A model generated the notes under the pieces. That model did not search any database, had not been told where the DNA came from, and worked only from the letters and a program-made list of their open reading frames with translations. A program made the position numbers and the translations under genes. From a bacterium (GTDB lineage: Bacteria > Desulfobacterota > DSWW01), in the NCBI GenBank assembly GCA_040756235.1, contig JBFLZG010000001.1, forward strand, positions 1 to 64,000: a stretch of 64,000 nucleotides of DNA, given 5' to 3'. This document shows positions 26,126 to 34,668 of this stretch, piece after piece. Each line of letters opens with the position of its first letter. Positions within the stretch are counted from its first letter, which is position 1.

Positions 26126-27118
26126 ATGGGGTCAATATCAGAAACGCAAGCATTCGGCAGGCCGCCCACGTGGAAGAACCGGGTGGCCGAGCTGCTCGGG
26201 TCGGCCTTTCCGATCGTGCTCGGCCCGATGCGGCTCATGACGCTCGGTGAGATGGCGGCCGCAGTCTCCGCGTGCGGCGGCTTCGGCCAGATCGCCGCCT
26301 CCGGGCTTCCGGCAGACCGGCTGCGGGCGGAGCTGAAGCGCGCCCGGGAGCTCACCGACCGGCCGGTGGGCGTCAACATCCCGGTGTATCGACCCAACGC
26401 GGCCGAGGCCCTCGAGATCGCGATCGAAGCAGGCGTGCGCACGATCACCACCTCGGCCGGGGACCCGACCCGCTTGATGACCCGCATCCGCGAGGCGGGG
26501 CTCAGGGTCCTGCACAAGGTCTCGAGCGTGAAGATGGGGCTCAAGGCCCAGGCTGCGGGAGTGGACGGCGTCATCGCCATGGGGTCGGAGGCCGGCGGGC
26601 ACGTGGGCCGGGACGGCGTGACCACCTTGTGCCTCGTCCCGCAGCTCGCGGACGCGCTGCACGTCCCGGTCGTGGCCGCCGGCGGGATCGGGGACGCCCG
26701 CGGGCTGGTGGCCGCCTTCGCGCTGGGCGCCGAGGGGGTGGAAATGGGCACGCGCTTCGTCGCGACCCGGGAGTGCCCCGCGCCGCCCTATTTCAAGGAG
26801 CGGATCTGCCTGGCGGACAGCACGGGCACCCTGGTGCTGGGAAAGGGCGCGATGCCGATCCGGGTCCTCAGGAACAGGCGCGCCGAGCAGTTGGCCGGTC
26901 TGAGCGCGGCCGAGGCCGACAGCGCGCTCCTCCAGTCGGGCGACGCGAGCTACCTGCAGGCCGGGGGCGACGGCGATTCGGCGGTCATGCCGTGCGGCCA
27001 GATCGCAGGTCTGATTCAGCGGATCCGGGACATCCGGGAGGTCTTCACCGAGCTCACGGCAAACGCGGGGGAAGTCTCGAGGCGCCTGGCAGCTTTCTTC
27101 GGAGGGGAGGACGAATGA
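26126..27118 (+). CDS. FMN-dependent nitronate monooxygenase/FabK-like enoyl reductase family protein
   Basis: PIVLGPM, AVSACGGFG, GSEAGGHVG, PVVAAGGIGDARG, GAEGVEMGTRF..T.EC. Start chosen by GGGAG RBS. Confidence 0.85.
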   Translation: MGSISETQAFGRPPTWKNRVAELLGSAFPIVLGPMRLMTLGEMAAAVSACGGFGQIAASGLPADRLRAELKRARELTDRPVGVNIPVYRPNAAEALEIAIEAGVRTITTSAGDPTRLMTRIREAGLRVLHKVSSVKMGLKAQAAGVDGVIAMGSEAGGHVGRDGVTTLCLVPQLADALHVPVVAAGGIGDARGLVAAFALGAEGVEMGTRFVATRECPAPPYFKERICLADSTGTLVLGKGAMPIRVLRNRRAEQLAGLSAAEADSALLQSGDASYLQAGGDGDSAVMPCGQIAGLIQRIRDIREVFTELTANAGEVSRRLAAFFGGEDE

Positions 27119-27906
27119 GCTGGGAGTACGTGCTGCTCGAGAGGCAGGAGCGTGTGGCGACGATCACCCTCAACCGTCCCGAGAAATACAACGCCTTCGC
27201 GGGGCGCATGCGGCAGGAGATCGTCGAGGTGCTGGAGGAGGTCGCCGGCGACCGCGAGGTCCGGGCGGTCGTCATCACCGGAGCCGGGAAGGCCTTCTGC
27301 ACCGGGGGCGACGTGAACGAGTTCGTCTCGGGCGAGGTCCAGGCCCTGGAGAAAGTGGCCTCGAGCGAGCGCCACGCCATGTGCCGGGCTGTGCTCGCCA
27401 TCAACCGGATGGAGAAGCCGGTGATCGCCTCGGTGAACGGCGTGGCCGCGGGAGGCGGCTGCAACCTGGCCCTCTCCTGCGACATCCGGATCGCCAGCGA
27501 CCGGGCGCGCTTCGGCGAGGTCTTCACCAAGAGGGGCGTCCACCCGGACTGGGGCGGGATCTACTTCCTGCCGCGGCTCGTGGGATACAGCATGGCCGCC
27601 GAGTTGATCTTCTCCGGGGAAGTGATCGACGCTCGGGAGGCCTTGCGCATCGGCCTGGTGAACCGGGTCGTGCCTCACGAGGAGCTTTCGGGAGTCACAC
27701 GGGAGCTGGCGGCGAAGATCGCGCGGAACGCGCCGATCCCGATCGCCTTTGCCAAGCGCGGGCTCCAGAGCTTCCACAAGTGGGATCTGGAACAGGCACT
27801 GGACTACGAGGCGTACGCCCTGGAAGTCTGCCGCCAGAGCGAGGACATGCAGGAAGGGTTCCGATCGTTCCTGGAGAAGCGGGACCCGGTGTTCAAGGGC
27901 AGGTGA
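27115..27906 (+). CDS. Enoyl-CoA hydratase/isomerase (crotonase) family protein
   Basis: ATITLNRPEKYNA, TGAGKAFCTGGD, EKPVIASVNGVAAGGG, HPDWGG. ATGA overlap with the upstream gene. Confidence 0.92.
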   Translation: MSWEYVLLERQERVATITLNRPEKYNAFAGRMRQEIVEVLEEVAGDREVRAVVITGAGKAFCTGGDVNEFVSGEVQALEKVASSERHAMCRAVLAINRMEKPVIASVNGVAAGGGCNLALSCDIRIASDRARFGEVFTKRGVHPDWGGIYFLPRLVGYSMAAELIFSGEVIDAREALRIGLVNRVVPHEELSGVTRELAAKIARNAPIPIAFAKRGLQSFHKWDLEQALDYEAYALEVCRQSEDMQEGFRSFLEKRDPVFKGR

Positions 27907-27930
27907 AAAAGGGAGAGAGGAGAACTGCGC

Positions 27931-28545
27931 ATGGAACGGAAGCAGGAGTGCATCGGCAAGATCCTGGACCTGGAGCTGAACATGTTCCTGCGGGTCCGTG
28001 CGCGCGAGCCGGCCGCCTGCCAGCAGGACCCCGAAGGCTTCCGGGTCATGCGCTCCGCCCAGTTCTCGGTCTGGCCGGAGGAGGCCCTGACTTCCTATTG
28101 CGAAGACCTGAAGCGGGCGCAGGAGGAGGGCCGCAACCTGATGATGCTCAAGTACGCTCGCATGGAAGACCTGATCCCGTGCCTGCACGAAGAGCCGCTC
28201 GTGGCCAACCTCATCGACCAGATCGTGGCGATCGAGCTCGAATGGCAGAGGGAGATGATGGCCAGGTACCCGAACCTGATGCGGCGGGCCCGGCCTCTGG
28301 AGGCGGCCGATGAAGCGGAAGGGACCACCTCTTTCGCCATGTACCTTCGGGCGGAGCTGGAGACGTACTCGGTCGACACGCTTGTCCTGCTCCACCGGCA
28401 CCTGGCGGGAAGCCGCGCAAGGGAGAAGAACCTGGCGGAGGAGATCTACCTGAACATGGTGCGCCCTCTGGGTTACGGGTCGGTGGAGGAGGCCGAGGCC
28501 CAGGCCGCCCGCCGCACGAATTTCGCGAGCGAGCAATGTGAATGA
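27931..28545 (+). CDS. DUF4125-like protein
   Basis: CQQDP..F.VMRSAQF.VW...L.SY..DL..A...GRNL...KYARM and TSF..YLRAELETYS pattern. Confidence 0.7.
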   Translation: MERKQECIGKILDLELNMFLRVRAREPAACQQDPEGFRVMRSAQFSVWPEEALTSYCEDLKRAQEEGRNLMMLKYARMEDLIPCLHEEPLVANLIDQIVAIELEWQREMMARYPNLMRRARPLEAADEAEGTTSFAMYLRAELETYSVDTLVLLHRHLAGSRAREKNLAEEIYLNMVRPLGYGSVEEAEAQAARRTNFASEQCE

Positions 28546-28565
28546 GGGCCGGCGGGCCGCCTCTT

Positions 28566-28628
28566 GTAGGGGCGACGCATGCGTCGCCCGTTCAAAGAGA
28601 GCCGTAGGGGCAGGTTTCAAACCTGCCC
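28566..28628 (+). repeat. Tandem GTAG REPs
   Basis: GTAGGGGCGACGCATGCGTCGCCC and GTAGGGGCAGGTTTCAAACCTGCCC. Confidence 0.78.
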
Positions 28629-28683
28629 TTTACCCCCCGGCACTGAGAGGATGACGCACGGCCGAACGAGAGAGGAACGCACA

Positions 28684-30240
28684 ATGGACGCTTTTCTGCA
28701 GAAGCGGCTGGACGAGCTGGCAGAGGCGCGGGAGAAGGTGCGCCGGGGCGGCAGCGGCAGGAAGAGCGCGGAGCTCACCGCTCGCGAGCGGCTCGAGGCG
28801 CTCCTGGACCCCGGCAGCCTGATGGAGAGCAGCATGCTGGCCGGCCACGCCCTGGACCTGCCCGGCGACGGCATCATCTGCGGGAGCGGCACGATCGAGG
28901 GCCGCCAGGTATTCGTCTACTCGCAGGACCGCACCGTCAAGGGCGGCTCGATCGGCATCGAGCACGGCTACAAGATGTACCGCACCATCGAGCGCGCCCT
29001 GCAGATGCGGGTCCCCATGATCGGCCTGCACGACTCTCCGGGGGCGAGGCTGCCGGACGCCCGTGACCTGGACTGGTACAAGATCAAGAAGCGCACCCAC
29101 TTCTCCAACGTCTACGACAAGCACGGCGGCTCGGTCTTCTTCCCGAACACCCTCGCCTCCGGCATCGTGCCGCAGATCTCGGCCATCCTCGGCACCTGCA
29201 GCGGGATCAGCGTCTATTCGCCCGCGCTCACGGACTTCGTCTACATGGTGGATGAGGCCAGCCACATGTGCATCACCGGGCCGCGGGTCGTGAAGATGGT
29301 CACCGGCGAGGACGTGACCATGGAGGAGCTGGGCGGAGCCCGGATCCACGCCGAAAGGAGCGGGGTGTGCGACTTCCGCTGCCGGGACGAAAAGGAGTGC
29401 CTGAGCGAGATCCGCAGGCTGTTGAGCTTTCTGCCCCTGAGCTGCGAGGAGAAACCGCCCGCGCGGGACCCGGGCGACGACCCGGACCGGTCGTGCGAAG
29501 AGCTCAACGGCATCGTGCCCACGGCCCCCAACATTCCCTTTGACGTGCGCCGGGTGATCGAGCTGCTCCTGGACCGCGGCGATTTCCTGGAAGTCAAAAG
29601 GGAGTTTGCCGGCGAGGTCATCGTGGGGTTCGGCCGCCTGAACGGCAAGACCGTCGGGATCGTCGCGAACCAATCGATGGTGCGGGCTGGCGCGCTCACG
29701 GTGGACAGCTCGGACAAGCAGGCGAGGTTCATCCGGTTCTGCGACTGCTTCAACATCCCCCTCGTGCTGCTCGTGGATACGCCCGCCTACATGCCGGGCT
29801 CCGGCCAGGAGCACGCGGGCATCATCCGGCACGGCGCAAAGGTCCTTTACGCCTTGTGCGAGGCCACCGTACCGCGCATCGTGATCGTGCTGCGCAAGGC
29901 CTATGGCGGCGGGAACCTGGGCATGGGGGTGCTCCCGGGGCTGGGCACGGACCTGGTGCTCTACTGGCCGATCATGGAGACCGGCATCCTGGGCGCGCAG
30001 CAGTCGGTCATGCTCCTGTACGGCGGCAACAAGGACGTCACCAAGGAGCTTCTGGAGCAGAAGCTGGCGGAGTACCGCGAGACCTACGCCAACCCGATCT
30101 ACGAGGTTTCCTCCAACGTCAACGTGGAAGACGTGATCGCGCCGTCCGAGACCAGGCGCTACCTGATCCGCGCCCTCCGGAGACTGGAGGGGAAGAAGGA
30201 CGTGAGGCCCGCCAAGAGGCACGGGAACATGCCCTTGTGA
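28684..30240 (+). CDS. Acyl-CoA carboxyltransferase subunit (PccB/MmdA family)
   Basis: LTARERL..LLDPGS, SGIVPQISAILG, YSPALTDF, KQARFIRFCDCFNIPL, GIIRHGAK, RHGNMPL. Confidence 0.92.
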   Translation: MDAFLQKRLDELAEAREKVRRGGSGRKSAELTARERLEALLDPGSLMESSMLAGHALDLPGDGIICGSGTIEGRQVFVYSQDRTVKGGSIGIEHGYKMYRTIERALQMRVPMIGLHDSPGARLPDARDLDWYKIKKRTHFSNVYDKHGGSVFFPNTLASGIVPQISAILGTCSGISVYSPALTDFVYMVDEASHMCITGPRVVKMVTGEDVTMEELGGARIHAERSGVCDFRCRDEKECLSEIRRLLSFLPLSCEEKPPARDPGDDPDRSCEELNGIVPTAPNIPFDVRRVIELLLDRGDFLEVKREFAGEVIVGFGRLNGKTVGIVANQSMVRAGALTVDSSDKQARFIRFCDCFNIPLVLLVDTPAYMPGSGQEHAGIIRHGAKVLYALCEATVPRIVIVLRKAYGGGNLGMGVLPGLGTDLVLYWPIMETGILGAQQSVMLLYGGNKDVTKELLEQKLAEYRETYANPIYEVSSNVNVEDVIAPSETRRYLIRALRRLEGKKDVRPAKRHGNMPL

Positions 30241-30287
30241 AGGGGAAAGGGAAAAGGTCAAAGAGAAAAGGTTAAAGGGAAGAGGGG

Positions 30288-32171
30288 ATGCGCACCTCAA
30301 GAAGACCACGGGCCATGGCTGCACACGCCCCGGCCGCCGCCAAGCGGGCGCGCCGGCCCGTAGCGGCGGCGAGCGCCGCCGTTGCGCCCGGGAGCGCAAG
30401 CCGTCTGGCCAGGCTCCTGGAGCGCATCCCGGCCCTGGCCGTCTCCGGAGACGACCAGGCGGTGGATCTGATCCTCTACGAGGTGCTCCGGCTCCTGGTG
30501 GAAGAGGTGCGGGCGGACGTCGGCCAGATCAACCTCCTCCCCAAGGGCGGGCGCGTCGAGAAGGTCTGCATCCTCAAGGACGGGCGCCCCTGGCTGAGAA
30601 AGGACATGGGGCTCCACCTGTTCGATCCGCTGCACGGCTTCACCGGGCAGGTGCTGGCTCGGGGCGAGAGCGTGAGGGTCGAGGACATCTGGGCAAGGGG
30701 GACGGCCGCGGACCCGAACCCGTTCCTGGAAGTGGTGTCCACCATGAACGAGCGCTACGTCAGGGAGATCAAGAAGCCGGTGGCGAGCATTCTCATTTCA
30801 CCGATCAAGCGAGGCCGCGACATCTTCTGCACGATCGAGCTGGCCCGCTACCGGAGCAGGAGGAGACCCTTCGGCGAGCCCGAGCGGGAGCTGGTCGACG
30901 GCTTCGGCCGGGAGCTCGGCACCTTTCTGATCGACTACATCGTGGACGTGAAGAGCCGCATCGCCGTGCACACGGCCCATCGCAAGCTGCTCTCCCTCTC
31001 CAGGCTGATCGCCTCCAACAAGCCGGTCGAGTATCGGGACGCGGTGGACGCCTACATGAGGCTTTCCGCCGCGGACATCGGCCTGGCCCTGTTCCAGACC
31101 GGCGAGCTGACCGAGTCCAGCTACCGCACGCTGATGTGGCAGGGGGAAGAGGTCCGGGAGATCCTGCTCAAGGACTTCGCCCCTTCCGCGGACAGCATCC
31201 TGCGCGCGGATGCCTCGATCCCGCTGCCCGTGGAGGGAGAGGAAGGGGATGCGCGCCTGGGCCAGTTCCGCAGAAGGATGGAGACCTTCCCGGGTCTGAG
31301 CGCAGACGATCGCCGCTTCGTCCTGAGCTGCCTCGCAGCGGTCCGGTCGTACGTCGCCTACCCGCTGCATCTTCTCGGCCAGGACCTCGGCGCCATCGTC
31401 CTGGGCTCGCGCCGGGCGCGCTTCTGGGAGTTCCTGCACATGAACCCCTTCCTGGATCTGTACAACTCGCTGCTCAAGTCCTTTCTCCTGAACGAACGGG
31501 TCATCCACTGCCTCTCGAACGTGAGCCTGAAGGTGCACAACCCGGGCTTCTACTGCCTGGGCGAGCTGAAGGCCGCCCTGGCGGTGAAGCACCCTGCCGC
31601 TTTCCAGGATCCCGGCATCCGCAGGGCCCTGGACGGGCTGGGCGGGCTGTTCGCGGAGCTGCACGACCAGGGCAAGGCCCTGAGGAGCCGGGAGAAGCGG
31701 ATCCACCTCTCCAAGTGGCTCCAGGCCTTCGTCGGGCAGAAGGCCGCTCTGCTCTCCGGGCTCCAGATCCGCGTGGAGGCGGAGGGGGACGGGTTGGCGG
31801 ACTGCATGAGCCGGGCCCGCGACGAGCAGCTCGAGACCATCTTCGAGAACCTCTTCTCCAACAGCCTGCGCGCGATCGGCGCGCGCCGGAACCAGGACCC
31901 GTCCTTTGTCGGGTCGATCGTCGTCCGCCTGCGGCGGGAGCAGGCAAGGGTCCGGATCCTGTTTCAGGACAACGGGGTCCCTTACGCGACCGTTTCCGGC
32001 CGCGGGCTGGCGCAGCTCCGGGACGAGATGCGGAACCTCGGGGGAGCGCTGAGGACCTACCGGGACCCTTACCGGGCCGTCCTCTGCTTCCCTTGCATAG
32101 AGAACGCGAAGGCGAGAAGGAGGGAAACCGATGAAGGCGAAAGTCCTCTTCTTCGACGACATCTTCAGTGA
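30288..32171 (+). CDS. Atypical soluble sensor protein: GAF-like domains plus degenerate HATPase_c
   Basis: GFTGQVL..GESVRVEDI/ASILISPI (GAF-like), VHNP, IFENLFSNSLRA, FQDNGVP, GRGL. Start uncertain. Confidence 0.6.
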   Translation: MRTSRRPRAMAAHAPAAAKRARRPVAAASAAVAPGSASRLARLLERIPALAVSGDDQAVDLILYEVLRLLVEEVRADVGQINLLPKGGRVEKVCILKDGRPWLRKDMGLHLFDPLHGFTGQVLARGESVRVEDIWARGTAADPNPFLEVVSTMNERYVREIKKPVASILISPIKRGRDIFCTIELARYRSRRRPFGEPERELVDGFGRELGTFLIDYIVDVKSRIAVHTAHRKLLSLSRLIASNKPVEYRDAVDAYMRLSAADIGLALFQTGELTESSYRTLMWQGEEVREILLKDFAPSADSILRADASIPLPVEGEEGDARLGQFRRRMETFPGLSADDRRFVLSCLAAVRSYVAYPLHLLGQDLGAIVLGSRRARFWEFLHMNPFLDLYNSLLKSFLLNERVIHCLSNVSLKVHNPGFYCLGELKAALAVKHPAAFQDPGIRRALDGLGGLFAELHDQGKALRSREKRIHLSKWLQAFVGQKAALLSGLQIRVEAEGDGLADCMSRARDEQLETIFENLFSNSLRAIGARRNQDPSFVGSIVVRLRREQARVRILFQDNGVPYATVSGRGLAQLRDEMRNLGGALRTYRDPYRAVLCFPCIENAKARRRETDEGESPLLRRHLQ

Positions 32172-32631
32172 GCGGTTCCGGAGCAAGCTCAACCCGGAGC
32201 ACCTGGCCTTCGACGACAACTGGGCCGCTGCAGTGGGCAAGGCGCTGACCGAAGACAGCGGCGTCGGCGACGTGCGCTTCGAGCTGGTCAGGCGGGGCGA
32301 GATCGGCAAGTGGCAGGAGATCATTCGGGAGGAAAAGCCGGACATCCTGCTGCTCGACCTGCTGTGGCCGGAAGAAGCCCAAGCCAAGTACAAGGACCGA
32401 AGCCGGGGCGCCGACGTGAGCCTCGAGGCCCTGCCGAAGATCCGCAAAGCCTTTCCGGACTTGCCGGTCGTCTGTTACACGGTCAAGCCGGATCGGGAGC
32501 TCTATCGGGAGGCCTACCGCCGGGGAGCGACTTTCTTCCTGGAGAAGCTGCCTCTGCCCCTTCCCGAGGTCCAGACCCCTCTCAAGTACGTTCTGCTTTA
32601 CTTGCTGCGGCAGGTGGGCAAGGGCGGATGA
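32131..32631 (+). CDS. Single-domain response regulator
   Basis: KVLFFDD, PDILLLDL, PVVCYT, GATFFLEK receiver motifs. Confidence 0.75.
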   Translation: MKAKVLFFDDIFSERFRSKLNPEHLAFDDNWAAAVGKALTEDSGVGDVRFELVRRGEIGKWQEIIREEKPDILLLDLLWPEEAQAKYKDRSRGADVSLEALPKIRKAFPDLPVVCYTVKPDRELYREAYRRGATFFLEKLPLPLPEVQTPLKYVLLYLLRQVGKGG

Positions 32632-32698
32632 GATTGCGCCTCAAGCGGGCATGCGCCCTCCCCGTACGTCCTCCACCTGCCGGAAGCGGCAGGGCAGT

Positions 32699-33032
32699 AG
32701 TGCGGTGGGTGCACCGCCCTCGATCGTCTCGGGCTCAGAAAGCTCCGGCCCTTCTCCTCCCATGGGTCGGAGACCACAGCCCTTCGGCCAGGTCCCCTTT
32801 CCCGTCTCTCGTCCCGGGCCGGGTGAATCGGGGCACACGAGCCTGGCGGGTTTGGTATCCGAGAGACAACGCTGCGTTCCACCGGCCTACGGGACTCGGG
32901 ACGGGCCCGCGCGACTCGTTCTCGCCTCCTCGGGCGGACATCCACCGCACTCCTGTGGAGGAGGGATGTCGCGATCGAGCCGATGGGAACAACGGCCAAC
33001 CACCTCTTGTAGGGGCGACGCATGCGTCGCCC
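32699..33032. repeat. Repeat family B copy 2 (32699-32951) followed by a GTAG REP (33009-33032)
   Basis: AGTGCGGTGGGTG...CATCCACCGCACT inverted termini; internal blocks as in copies 1 and 3. Confidence 0.8.
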
Positions 33033-33167
33033 GCGAGCGCCTGCGGGGTGCCACGTCGCGAGGCCTCCTCGCAACATCGGACATCGGCGCTCGCTCCCGC
33101 ACACCAATAGGTTGGCGCATTTACGCCGACAAGTACTTGCCAAATGAAGCGTCTGGAGTGAAGCGAC

Positions 33168-34049
33168 ATGGCCGGCGAAGCGCGATCGAACGACGGAAGA
33201 CAGCTGAGGGTCCCTCCTCTGGACCCGGATTTCTTCATACGCGAGGAGGACCGGCGCAACCTGGACCGGTTCCACAGGATGTCCGACAGACATGCCGTGA
33301 ACGTCCTGATCACCGGCAATCAGGGGTGCGGGAAATCCACCCTGGTGCGGCAGTTCGCGCACATCTACCGGAGACCTCTGGCGACCTTTCAGATCGGCCT
33401 GCTGGCCGAGTCGGGCCAGCTGTTCGGACAGCAGCGGCTCAAGGGGGGCGACACCTACTACCGCGAGTTCCTGTTCCCCAGGGCCATCCGCACGCCGGGC
33501 TGCGTGGTCCATCTGGAGGAGATCAACCGGTCCGAGACCCCGCATGCGCTCAACGAGCTGTTCTCCGTGCTTTCCGAAGACCGGAGCATCTGGATCGACG
33601 AGCTCGGCTTCGTCGAGGTCGCTCCGCAGGTGCTGTTCTTCGCCACCATGAACGAGGGGGAGGAGTTCGTGGGGACCGAGGCCTTGGACGCGGCCCTGAA
33701 GGACAGGTTCTACCGCGTCCACCTGGAGTATCTTCCCCAGGAGGTCGAGAGGCAGGTGCTGGCGCGCAAGGCAGGGATCGAGGAATCGGTGGCGGACCGG
33801 CTCCTGGCCGTGATCAACGGGATCCGGAACAACCACCAGCTCGGGATCCGCGTCTCCATACGGCACAGCCTCATGATCGCCGAGCTCGTCGCCATGGGCG
33901 CCTCCTTGCGGGAGGCCCTGGTCTACGCCCTGCAGATTTCCAAGGACACCCTGGAATCCGTGCTGCTCGCACTGCACGTGGAGACCGGAGAGACCGGGGC
34001 GGCGCCGTCGCCGTACGTCCTCTACCTGCCGGAAGCGGCAGGGCCTTGA
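33168..34049 (+). CDS. assE: AAA+ ATPase, BssE/AssE-like, copy 2
   Basis: GNQGCGKS, VVHLEEINR, DAALKDRF; clear paralog of 10675..11526. Confidence 0.85.
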   Translation: MAGEARSNDGRQLRVPPLDPDFFIREEDRRNLDRFHRMSDRHAVNVLITGNQGCGKSTLVRQFAHIYRRPLATFQIGLLAESGQLFGQQRLKGGDTYYREFLFPRAIRTPGCVVHLEEINRSETPHALNELFSVLSEDRSIWIDELGFVEVAPQVLFFATMNEGEEFVGTEALDAALKDRFYRVHLEYLPQEVERQVLARKAGIEESVADRLLAVINGIRNNHQLGIRVSIRHSLMIAELVAMGASLREALVYALQISKDTLESVLLALHVETGETGAAPSPYVLYLPEAAGP

Positions 34050-34180
34050 GGAAGGCTCTCACATGCGGAATCCGCCATCCCCGGCAGCGCCCCAGGGTGC
34101 CCCGTACCAGCAGGCGGGCAGCAGGGGAGTGATGACTCAAGGCTTTCAATGGCCGGATAAGGCCGCCAGCATGGGCAGCC

Positions 34181-34513
34181 GTGCGGGTGGGTACGCCGCC
34201 CTCGATCGTCTCGGGCTCAGAACGCTCCGGCCGGTTCTCCTCCCAAGGGTCGGAGACAACGGCCCTTCGGGCGGGGTCCGGGTTTCGTCCCTCGTCCCGG
34301 GCCGGGTGTTCTCGGGATGCGCGCGCCTGGCGGGTCTGGTAATCGAGAAACAGCGCTGCGTTCCACCGGCCTTTCGTGACTCGGGACGCCCTGCGCGACT
34401 CGCCCTCGCCTCCTCGCGCGGACACCCACCCGCACTCCTTTGGCGGCCGGATGTTCGAGCCGTGGCGGCGACAACAAGGGCCAGCCACCTCTTGTAGGAC
34501 GCACGCGTCGCCC
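34181..34513. repeat. Repeat family B copy 3 (34181-34435) followed by a degenerate GTAG REP
   Basis: GTGCGGGTGGGT...ACCCACCCGCAC termini; then CACCTCTTGTAGGACGCACGCGTCGCCC. Confidence 0.8.
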
Positions 34514-34668
34514 TGGAGCGTGGTTAATCCACTCGTAACCGGGAGGTTGCCGCGGAATTCCGGTCCTCGCAATCTCCGGTACTTGCTTCCGCTCGCCACT
34601 TCACTGCCGACAAGAGAGCCATCGGGCAGGAGTACTCCGCCTCAGCACACGCATAAGGTGACTTTGCC

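Noticed and set aside
33112..33127. sigma54 promoter before the second AAA+ gene (TTGGCGCATTTACGCC)
   Set aside because: The -12 element does not match TTGC at the required spacing and no enhancer trio was found.
25805..34435. CRISPR array from the recurring repeats
   Set aside because: The repeats are dispersed, long or palindromic, without regular unique spacers, and no cas genes were seen.
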